Source: Bacteroidota bacterium (GTDB taxonomy: Bacteria; Bacteroidota; Bacteroidia; Flavobacteriales; Flavobacteriaceae). Taken from it: a stretch of 41,254 nt of DNA. The stretch spans positions 1 to 41,254 of the forward strand of contig JAJRSY010000010.1 in NCBI GenBank assembly GCA_024278565.1. Direction: 5' to 3'. The notes under the pieces are model-generated. The model did no database searches, was not told the origin of the DNA, and was given only the letters and a program-made list of their open reading frames with translations. Positions 1-7,394 of this stretch are shown in pieces (position 1 is the stretch's first letter; every line of letters begins with the position of its first letter). The position numbers and the translations under genes are program-made.

Positions 1-70
1 CGAAAAAATCTGAATTTCGAGATTTTTTCAATTCGTAATCTATTTCAAATCATGGAAAAGTTTTAATATG

Positions 71-126
71 AAGGACTTTCAGTCCTTAGTCAAAGAAACC
101 CCTGCACTTTCAGTGCAGGGTGGTTT
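71..126 (+). mobile_element. IS200/IS605-type end: two hairpins sharing an ACT-TTC-AGT loop
   Basis: AAGGACT-ttc-AGTCCTT (71-87) and CCCTGCACT-ttc-AGTGCAGGG (100-120) followed by TGGTTT. The layout matches the end that follows the TnpA remnant at 30509-30566. Confidence 0.5.
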
Positions 127-252
127 AGTTTAGACAAAAAACCTGCCTCGCCGGCAGGTCTAAGCATAGCCTTAGTTACGGTTATATTTTTTAACGACAA
201 ATCAAAGACAAAAGAACAAGTCAAAATGTATAGGTTATTTTGTAACAAGCCC
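127..252. repeat. Flavobacterial structured repeat (probably a truncated MITE) with an inserted CCTGCC palindrome
   Basis: A-tract, then ACCTGCC-tcgcc-GGCAGGT (141-159), GCATAGCCTTAGTTACGG core, T-tract, ending TTTTGTAACAAGCCC. No matching left end is in the window. Confidence 0.4.
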
Positions 253-294
253 TAAGGCCTGTTGTAATTTACTGTCCTCGATCCAAGGTTCGAA

Positions 295-331
295 TTAGTA
301 ACACCGTGACTCAAAGTCACGGTGTTACTAA
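295..331. repeat. REP-like perfect palindrome (17 bp arms)
   Basis: TTAGTAACACCGTGACT-caa-AGTCACGGTGTTACTAA. The 33 bp core recurs exactly in reverse orientation at 37168-37200. Confidence 0.85.
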
Positions 332-463
332 GTTTAGTTGCCTTTTGATTTTATCCAAAAAAAAATGGATAACAGGCTAAATGGCTTCGCATGCCAGACA
401 GGTTTAACCTAAATCGTTGCATGGTTGTTTTTTGGGTTTTGCGGTCTTTGAAATCAGATGACC

Positions 464-994
464 TTATAATTTTGATTTTCGTTCGGCATAAACAATATAA
501 TACCTTGGTGCGAACTTTCGAAGCAAGGGCCTGATACCAATTTTATTGACGGGGTTCGTCCACTTTGCCTTATCTTTTATCTGCCAGCCTGATTTTTCGA
601 GCAGCCAATCAAACTGCCAATCTTCAAATTCGTGGTAATGTCTGTCCCAAACATCGGTTTTGCTTTTGTAGGCAGGGGCAAACCAAAGACGAAGCGGAAT
701 GCTGGCAACCAGTTTATCAGCCTTTATTTCTTTAAGTACATTGAAAGGAGCCAATAAATGTTCAAAAATTTCAAAGGCGGTAACAACCTCTGAACCTGAA
801 GCTATAACCGTTGAAAAATCAACATCGAGATCTTCACCTTTTGTGTTTTCAACCGCATACCCTTGTTCTTCCATGATTTTTGAAAACGGATTCTCAACCC
901 CCAGATCAAGAATCGATTGGGTAGGAGGAATATGTTTTTGAAGAAACGATAAGGTGTGCTGAAAGCGTTTGTTCGGAAATGTCTTTTCGTACAT
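464..994 (-). CDS. Class I SAM-dependent methyltransferase-like protein
   Basis: 176 aa with motif-I-like ILDLG and FEIFEHL; downstream of fabH on the same strand. Confidence 0.75.
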   Translation of the reverse strand: MYEKTFPNKRFQHTLSFLQKHIPPTQSILDLGVENPFSKIMEEQGYAVENTKGEDLDVDFSTVIASGSEVVTAFEIFEHLLAPFNVLKEIKADKLVASIPLRLWFAPAYKSKTDVWDRHYHEFEDWQFDWLLEKSGWQIKDKAKWTNPVNKIGIRPLLRKFAPRYYIVYAERKSKL

Positions 995-1077
995 TTTTTA
1001 TTTGGGGTTTCTGGTTTGCAAATGTTTCAGGTTTAGAAATCATATGATTTGAAACATTTAAAAAAATCAGAAGATTT

Positions 1078-2136
1078 TCAAACCCTATAAACAATGGCGT
1101 TTACGTTCATACCTGCGCCAACACTTGCAAAGATAACAACATCCCCCTTTTGTATTTGGTGATTTTCCAATTTTCCGTTGCGTACCATGTCAAGAAGGGT
1201 AGGAATCGTGGCCACTGAACTATTGCCCAGTGTGCCAATGCTCATGGGCATGATGCCTTCAGGAACCTTCATATCGTACAGGTCATAAAAGCGTTGTACT
1301 ATGGCATCATCCATCTTTTCATTCGCTTGGTGAATAAATATTTTTTTTACATCGTTGATCGAGACCCCGCTTTCATCCAAACACTCTTTCATGGATCCAG
1401 GTACGTTCGTTATTGCGAATTCGTAGATTTTGCGCCCGTACATTTTTATGTACTTGGTCTCTTCTTCTAAGGGGTTTTTGTACGATTTTCCGTAGAACAA
1501 AAAATAAGCTTCATCATGGGCATAAGTGGCACTGGTGTGCGATAAAATCTGCCCCATATCATCAGTTGCTTCGATAATGGTCGCTCCTGCACCATCTGAA
1601 TAAATCATAGCGTCTCTATCGTAACGATCTACAATACGTGATAGGGTTTCAGCGCCGATAACCAAGCATTTTTTTGCAATACCGCTCTTGATAAAAGCAT
1701 TGGCCTGTATGACACCTTCGATCCACCCAGGGCAACCGAACAGCATATCATAAGCCACACACTTTGGGTTTTTGATGCGCAAGTGGTGTTTTACCCGGGT
1801 AGCTAGACTTGGTAAGGTATTACCCTGTGACTGCCCATAGGCGACATCGCCAAAATTGTGTGCCAGTATAATGTAGTCAAGGGTCTCTTTGTCAATTCCC
1901 GCATCTGCGATGGCTTTTTCGGCCGCTATAAAGGCAATATCTGAAGTGTTTAAATCGTCAGTGACATAGCGTCGCTCATTGATGCCGGTAATGGCTTTAA
2001 ATTTCTCAATGATCACCTTGTTCTCTTGCTTGAAAGGGGATCCATCTGAATTCAAAAATTCATGTTGTTCAAAATCTTCGTTTTCAATAACCACAGTTGG
2101 TATATGGCTACCTGTACCGGTAATTCCTATATGCAT
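1078..2136 (-). CDS. fabH: 3-oxoacyl-ACP synthase III (FabH family)
   Basis: N-terminal ITGTGS, TGINERR, catalytic C (GCPG), HQAN, GNSSVA, C-terminal GAG. Confidence 0.9.
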   Translation of the reverse strand: MHIGITGTGSHIPTVVIENEDFEQHEFLNSDGSPFKQENKVIIEKFKAITGINERRYVTDDLNTSDIAFIAAEKAIADAGIDKETLDYIILAHNFGDVAYGQSQGNTLPSLATRVKHHLRIKNPKCVAYDMLFGCPGWIEGVIQANAFIKSGIAKKCLVIGAETLSRIVDRYDRDAMIYSDGAGATIIEATDDMGQILSHTSATYAHDEAYFLFYGKSYKNPLEEETKYIKMYGRKIYEFAITNVPGSMKECLDESGVSINDVKKIFIHQANEKMDDAIVQRFYDLYDMKVPEGIMPMSIGTLGNSSVATIPTLLDMVRNGKLENHQIQKGDVVIFASVGAGMNVNAIVYRV

Positions 2137-2261
2137 AGTTTAAAAGTTAATAACTGGTAAACGGTGTCTGGTCGAAAATATATTAAAAATAAATCATTTT
2201 GTAAAAATCACCAATTTCCGACCGGACACTAAATAAAATTAACACAATTAGCCTAAAATGC

Positions 2262-2273
2262 TATGCATGCATA
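2262..2273. promoter_or_regulatory. Candidate operator upstream of fabH
   Basis: Perfect 12 bp palindrome TATGCATGCATA about 125 bp upstream of the fabH start. Confidence 0.4.
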
Positions 2274-2298
2274 AGAAGTAATACGATGTTCAGTAGCG

Positions 2299-2327
2299 CA
2301 TTTTTAATGATGCCATCATTGAAAATG
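2299..2327 (-). terminator. Inverted repeat downstream of gcvP (possible terminator or operator)
   Basis: CATTTTTAATGATG-c-CATCATTGAAAATG, 13/14 arm match, about 30 bp after the gcvP stop. Confidence 0.35.
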
Positions 2328-2358
2328 ATTTATTTAAACACTTAAAATACCATATTTA

Positions 2359-5226
2359 TTAGCTTCGTTGCGGTTGTTCCAATTCTTCATAGGCTTCAAT
2401 GGGCACGCATGTACAGATGAGATTACGATCGCCATAGGCATCATCAACACGCCGAACCGAGGGCCAAAACTTGTTGTCAGGGATATAGGGCAACGGAAAA
2501 GCCGCTTTTTGCCTGCTGTACGGAAAGTGCCATGAATCACTGGTGACCATGTCAAGGGTATGGGGTGAATTTTTTAAAACATTGTTTGGGTCATCAAGCT
2601 GGGCTACATCTATTTCTTCACGTATAGCGAGCATGGCATCGCAGAAACGATCTAGTTCGGCAAGGCCTTCACTTTCAGTAGGTTCGATCATAATCGTGCC
2701 CGCAACGGGGAAAGATACGGTAGGGGCGTGAAAACCATAATCCATCAGTCTTTTTGCGATATCGGTTACTTCGATACCCTTGGCCTTAAAAGGGCGGCAG
2801 TCAAGAATCATCTCATGGGCGGCTCGGCCTTTTTCCCCTGTATACAATACCTCGTACTTCTCACTTAACCTTTGTTTGATATAATTGGCATTTAGAATCG
2901 CAATTTCGGTAGAGCGTTTCAATCCGCTTTCCCCCAACATTTTAATATATCCGTATGAAATCAAACAAACCAGTGAACTGCCCCAAGGTGCTGCTGAAAT
3001 GGCTGAAATGGCTTTGTCGCCACCAGTTTTGATAATGGGATTTCCGGGAAGAAAAGGCATCAATTGAGGGGCAACACAAATAGGTCCTACGCCTGGTCCT
3101 CCACCCCCATGAGGAATGGCAAAAGTTTTGTGCAGGTTCAAATGGCATACATCGGCACCAATGGTCGCCGGGTTTGTCAGCCCAACTTGGGCGTTCATAT
3201 TGGCTCCATCCATATACACCTGCCCGCCATGATCGTGGATCAGTTTGGTGATATGCTTTATTGATGATTCAAAAACCCCATGGGTTGAGGGGTAGGTAAC
3301 CATGAGGGCAGCCAAATTAGCTGAATGCAACTGTGCTTTTTCTTCAAGATCGGCTACATCGATATTTCCTTTTTCGTCTGTTTTTGTTACTACGACTTTC
3401 ATGCCCGCCATAACCGCAGAAGCCGGGTTTGTGCCGTGGGCCGAAGCTGGAATGATACAAATGTTACGGTGTCCTTCGTTGTTCGATTCATGGTAGGCCC
3501 TGATTGCCATTAGTCCTGCGTATTCGCCTTGCGCCCCTGAGTTGGGCTGTAGCGAAGTGGCGGCAAAACCGGTAATCGTACTTAGGTCTTTTGCCAGTTC
3601 ACTTAAAACAATTTGATACCCTTCAGCTTGTTCTATCGGAACAAAGGGATGGATATTACCCCATTCGGCCATGCTCAATGGCAGCATTTCGGTGGCGGCG
3701 TTCAGTTTCATGGTACAAGAACCGAGTGAGATCATAGAGTGGTTCAATGAAAGGTCTTTGCGTTCTAATTTTTTGATGTACCTCATCAATTCGGTTTCAG
3801 AATGGTAAGCATTGAAAACCTCGTTCTGCATAAAACTAGACGTACGCCGAGTAGCATCTAAAATATTGGAGGTAGGAAGCAATGCTTTGATTTCAACCCC
3901 ATCTTTGCCCAAAGTTTCCGAAAAAATAGAAACAATCTGTTGCAGGTCATTAACTGATGTTGCTTCATTTACAGAAATGGCGATTGTATCTTCATCCACA
4001 TACAAAAAATTGACTCCCTGATTTTCTGCAATAGGTTTTACGGTGTTTGATTTTGCTTTTACTAAAATAGTGTCAAAATAGGATGAATTGGTCTGGTTTA
4101 GACCTAATTTTTGTAAGTTTTCAGAAAGTGTTGCAGCCGCGGAATGTACTTTTTGGGCAATATATTCTAATCCCTTTGGACCGTGATATACTGCATACAT
4201 ACCGGCCATTACCGCCAATAATACTTGGGCAGTGCATATATTCGACGTGGCCTTGTCTCTTTTTATATGCTGCTCACGGGTCTGTAGCGCCATTCGTAAT
4301 GCGGGTTTTCCGTCAGTGTCTTTGGTAAGTCCGATGATACGCCCGGGTATATTTCGTTTATAGGTCTCTTTGGTGGCGAAGAAGGCCGCATGGGGTCCGC
4401 CATAACCCAACGGAATACCGAACCGTTGTGTGGTGCCCACTACAACATCAACGCCAAATTCTCCTGGTGGGATCAATAAGGCCAAGCTCAAAATATCGGC
4501 GGCCACTGCAACTTTGATGTGCCGCTCTTTTGCCTTGGCAACAAAACCCGAATAGTCATGAACTTGACCGTGTTTTCCAGGGTATTGCAACAATGCCCCA
4601 AAAAAATCCGCCCCAAAAGTAAATTCTTCATGGTTTCCTACGACCAATTTTATTCCTATTGGGTTCGATCGGGTTTGAAGTAAAGATAGGGTCTGTGGCA
4701 AAACCTCTTCGGAAACAAAGAATTTAACGATCGCATTTTTCTTTTGGTCACGACCGCGCACATCAAAAAGCATGCTCATGGCCTCTGCCGCAGCGGTACT
4801 TTCATCTAAAAGGGAAGCATTGGCAAGTTCCATTCCCGTAAGGTCGGCCACTACGGTCTGAAAATTCAATAAGGCCTCCAATCGGCCCTGTGCTATCTCT
4901 GCTTGATAGGGTGTATAGGCCGTATACCAACCCGGGTTTTCGAGAATGTTTCTTTTGATGACCGAAGGGGTAAGGCTTTCATGGTAGCCCAAGCCAATAT
5001 AGGATCTAAAGACCTTGTTCTTTTTCGACAGTTCTTGAATATGGGCCAAGAATTTATGTTCACTCATCGGAGGATCCAATTCCAAAGGCTGTTTGAGACG
5101 AATGTCATCAGGAATGGTCTGATTGATGAGCTGCTCTAAATCTTCAACTTCAACCGTCATCAACATGTGTTGAAGGTCTTCTTTTTTAATACCAATGTGG
5201 CGTGATGCAAATACGTCGGTTTTCAT
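2359..5226 (-). CDS. gcvP: Glycine dehydrogenase (decarboxylating), glycine cleavage P protein
   Basis: FASRHIG, YTAYTPYQAEIAQGRLE, REQHIKRDKATSNICTAQ, PLP lysine in LNLHKTF, RRVDDAYGDRNL. Start placed at ATG 5226. Confidence 0.97.
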   Translation of the reverse strand: MKTDVFASRHIGIKKEDLQHMLMTVEVEDLEQLINQTIPDDIRLKQPLELDPPMSEHKFLAHIQELSKKNKVFRSYIGLGYHESLTPSVIKRNILENPGWYTAYTPYQAEIAQGRLEALLNFQTVVADLTGMELANASLLDESTAAAEAMSMLFDVRGRDQKKNAIVKFFVSEEVLPQTLSLLQTRSNPIGIKLVVGNHEEFTFGADFFGALLQYPGKHGQVHDYSGFVAKAKERHIKVAVAADILSLALLIPPGEFGVDVVVGTTQRFGIPLGYGGPHAAFFATKETYKRNIPGRIIGLTKDTDGKPALRMALQTREQHIKRDKATSNICTAQVLLAVMAGMYAVYHGPKGLEYIAQKVHSAAATLSENLQKLGLNQTNSSYFDTILVKAKSNTVKPIAENQGVNFLYVDEDTIAISVNEATSVNDLQQIVSIFSETLGKDGVEIKALLPTSNILDATRRTSSFMQNEVFNAYHSETELMRYIKKLERKDLSLNHSMISLGSCTMKLNAATEMLPLSMAEWGNIHPFVPIEQAEGYQIVLSELAKDLSTITGFAATSLQPNSGAQGEYAGLMAIRAYHESNNEGHRNICIIPASAHGTNPASAVMAGMKVVVTKTDEKGNIDVADLEEKAQLHSANLAALMVTYPSTHGVFESSIKHITKLIHDHGGQVYMDGANMNAQVGLTNPATIGADVCHLNLHKTFAIPHGGGGPGVGPICVAPQLMPFLPGNPIIKTGGDKAISAISAAPWGSSLVCLISYGYIKMLGESGLKRSTEIAILNANYIKQRLSEKYEVLYTGEKGRAAHEMILDCRPFKAKGIEVTDIAKRLMDYGFHAPTVSFPVAGTIMIEPTESEGLAELDRFCDAMLAIREEIDVAQLDDPNNVLKNSPHTLDMVTSDSWHFPYSRQKAAFPLPYIPDNKFWPSVRRVDDAYGDRNLICTCVPIEAYEELEQPQRS

Positions 5227-5347
5227 GAGGAAATATATCAAATGAAAGATGGGTAAAATTAGCGATTTATAGTCTTAAAATATATCCATACGCTTATGAA
5301 CTGGGGTAAAGTTCTTAACTAAAAACAAGGGTTATGAACAGTTTGGC

Positions 5348-5355
5348 TATTTTTG
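5348..5355 (+). promoter_or_regulatory. Bacteroidota -7 promoter box (near-leaderless)
   Basis: TATTTTTG matches TAnnTTTG, 4 nt before ATG 5360. Confidence 0.5.
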
Positions 5356-5359
5356 CGCC

Positions 5360-6214
5360 ATGAAATGGCTACAGCGTGTTTTTAACTTTTATTTGGATGC
5401 CAGTATTCATGTGGCCTTTGCGGTATTTTCCCTGGTTCGTATCTCTGAAATTATTTTGGGTATTTCGGGGGATTCCCATTTTGTTTGGTTTATTTTTTTT
5501 GGGACAATAGGGTGCTATAATTTCATTAAATATGGTCTTGAGGCGGAAAAATATATTTTGGTTGCGAACCATTACCATAGGAATATACAGTTTTTTAGTT
5601 TTATAGCCATTGCTATTGCGCTTTACCATGGTTGTTTTCTGGGTTTTCAAACCTGGCTTGGCTTGGGCTGTTTACTATTTTTTACAGGGCTGTACGCCCT
5701 GCCGGTTTTGCCGCACGCTAAAAACCTAAGAAGTTTAAGCGGACTCAAAATTTTTGTTGTCGCTTTGGTTTGGTCCGGTGCAACCGTGATATTACCCGTA
5801 CTTGCGGTAAAACACACCCTATCTTGGGATGTTTGTATTGAAAGCCTTCAGCGTTTTGTTTTTGTTCTGGTATTACTGGTTCCTTTTGAGATTCGGGATC
5901 TTAAGTACGACAAGCCCGAACTGAAAACCCTGCCCCAACGTTATGGGGTGGCAAGAACAAAGTTTTTTGGTGCTTTTGGCGCTGTGCTGTTCTTCTTTTT
6001 GATTTTTTTAAAAGATGACATTTCAATTTCAGAGGTTGTTGTAAAGGGAATTGTTTTTTTGATCTTAGGCAGTCTGATGTTCATTACCAAAAGAAACCAA
6101 TCGAAGTATTTTGCATCTTTTTGGGTAGAAGGTATTCCGATTTTATGGTGGGTATTGGCAATTGGTTTGGCAGGTCTGTTCAATACTTTTTCTGTAATTG
6201 CTCTTTCATTTTGA
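5360..6214 (+). CDS. Polytopic membrane protein (UbiA prenyltransferase-like)
   Basis: 284 aa, about 8 hydrophobic segments, PFEIRDLKYD...TLPQRYG resembling the second Asp-rich UbiA motif. Confidence 0.6.
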   Translation: MKWLQRVFNFYLDASIHVAFAVFSLVRISEIILGISGDSHFVWFIFFGTIGCYNFIKYGLEAEKYILVANHYHRNIQFFSFIAIAIALYHGCFLGFQTWLGLGCLLFFTGLYALPVLPHAKNLRSLSGLKIFVVALVWSGATVILPVLAVKHTLSWDVCIESLQRFVFVLVLLVPFEIRDLKYDKPELKTLPQRYGVARTKFFGAFGAVLFFFLIFLKDDISISEVVVKGIVFLILGSLMFITKRNQSKYFASFWVEGIPILWWVLAIGLAGLFNTFSVIALSF

Positions 6215-6407
6215 TTTTCTCATGTTTGGAAAGAACTTGAAGGTTCGCTTTTTCGCACAACAAGCTAAGTTTTGTGTTTTTTTTTGTAAACCCAGCACAT
6301 GCCCTGCACATGAAAAGGTGAAATCTTAATTTCAGTTTTTGCACAAAGGTAGTTTCTTCGTACTGTGTTTTATTACATAAAATGGCCGCTTCTTCGCAAG
6401 AGATCAT
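6180..6407 (-). CDS. Small zinc-binding anti-sigma factor (zf-HC2/ZAS)
   Basis: MISCEEA...HLFMCRAC (HxxxCxxC); starts 2 nt after the ECF sigma stop. Confidence 0.7.
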   Translation of the reverse strand: MISCEEAAILCNKTQYEETTFVQKLKLRFHLFMCRACAGFTKKNTKLSLLCEKANLQVLSKHEKIKMKEQLQKKY

Positions 6408-6409
6408 AA

Positions 6410-6964
6410 TTAAAACCAATTTTGGTTCAGGCATTCCATAAGGGCGGTTCTTGCCCTATGTATCATTACCCACAAATTAGACGGGTTAATGTCCAGTTCA
6501 TTACAAATATCTTCTGTACTTATACCTTGTATGGTTTTCATGTTAAAAACCTGTGCCTGTTTTTTGGGCAATTTTGAGATACACCCTTGTATGGCCAGGC
6601 CAAGTTCTGTACTCTCCATGGCGCTGTTCTCTAGGGTGCTGTAGGGGTCGGCAACCTGCTCTTCGAGCCAATCACCTTCCGAATCGCTATTTGAGCTGTA
6701 ACCCATGCGCACTTCGGCTTTTCCTTTTTTTGAGTTTATTTTTCTGTAATGGTCTATTACCTTGCGTTTTAAGATAGCGATTAGCCAAGTGCGCTCGGCA
6801 GCATCACCTTTGTAGTTTTTGGCAGATTTCAATCCGGCAAAAAAGGTTTCCTGTACCAAGTCTTTTGCAATTTCGGCATCGCTTACCCGCACGACGGCAA
6901 AATTGAAAAGGTAGTCGGCATAAGAATCCACCCAAAAATCAGGATTAAGTTGGTGTGCCCCCAT
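6410..6964 (-). CDS. ECF-family RNA polymerase sigma factor
   Basis: Region 2 AKDLVQETF...TWLIAI and region 4 LPKKQAQVF...EDICNEL...IHRAR. Start at ATG 6964 is supported by a TACATTTG box at 6990-6983. Confidence 0.9.
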   Translation of the reverse strand: MGAHQLNPDFWVDSYADYLFNFAVVRVSDAEIAKDLVQETFFAGLKSAKNYKGDAAERTWLIAILKRKVIDHYRKINSKKGKAEVRMGYSSNSDSEGDWLEEQVADPYSTLENSAMESTELGLAIQGCISKLPKKQAQVFNMKTIQGISTEDICNELDINPSNLWVMIHRARTALMECLNQNWF

Positions 6965-7083
6965 TTTTTTCTTTGTATGTATCAAATGTAAGAGAATTTG
7001 ATGCGATAATTTGAAAATTATGTTTTTGTTGTGAGATTTTCAATGCCATCATTTTTTTGTCTTATAAGTTTTTGATTTTAAGA

Positions 7084-7114
7084 GGCCTAACAGGTTTTAA
7101 AAACCTGTTAGGTC
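7084..7114. repeat. Flavobacterial REP-like palindrome
   Basis: CCTAACAGGTTTT-a-AAAACCTGTTAGG, 13 bp perfect arms. Confidence 0.8.
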
Positions 7115-7269
7115 TTGTCAACCAGCTGTAAAGCAGTAAATTGACAAACATCGTTTGATTTGTTAAGCTCTCCTTATCCGGTCCTTGGGCTATTATAGTA
7201 AATCAATACAAAATAAAATAAAAAGTATCACATGATTTTCACAGAACAGTTTCAAAAAGGTTGTTGAAA

Positions 7270-7315
7270 GACCTACTGGGTTTTGAAAACCCAGCAGGTC
7301 AAAAACTAGCAGGTC
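7270..7315. repeat. Second REP-like palindrome of the same family, plus a partial tandem half
   Basis: GACCTACTGGGTTTT-g-AAAACCCAGCAGGTC, then AAAAACTAGCAGGTC. Confidence 0.75.
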
Positions 7316-7394
7316 TTGGTCTTTAGTGTCAGTTATTTCTTAACAGATATTTGGGCTAAAATTCATTTTCGGTATGAAGGTATTACCGAATTTT

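Noticed and set aside
256-378. MITE bounded by GCCTGTT/AACAGGC
   Set aside because: The inverted repeat is only 7 bp and there is no convincing target duplication.
5227-5359. Glycine riboswitch upstream of gcvP
   Set aside because: The gap is only 133 bp, AT-rich and shared with a divergent promoter; no aptamer-like GGAGA/CAGG core is visible.
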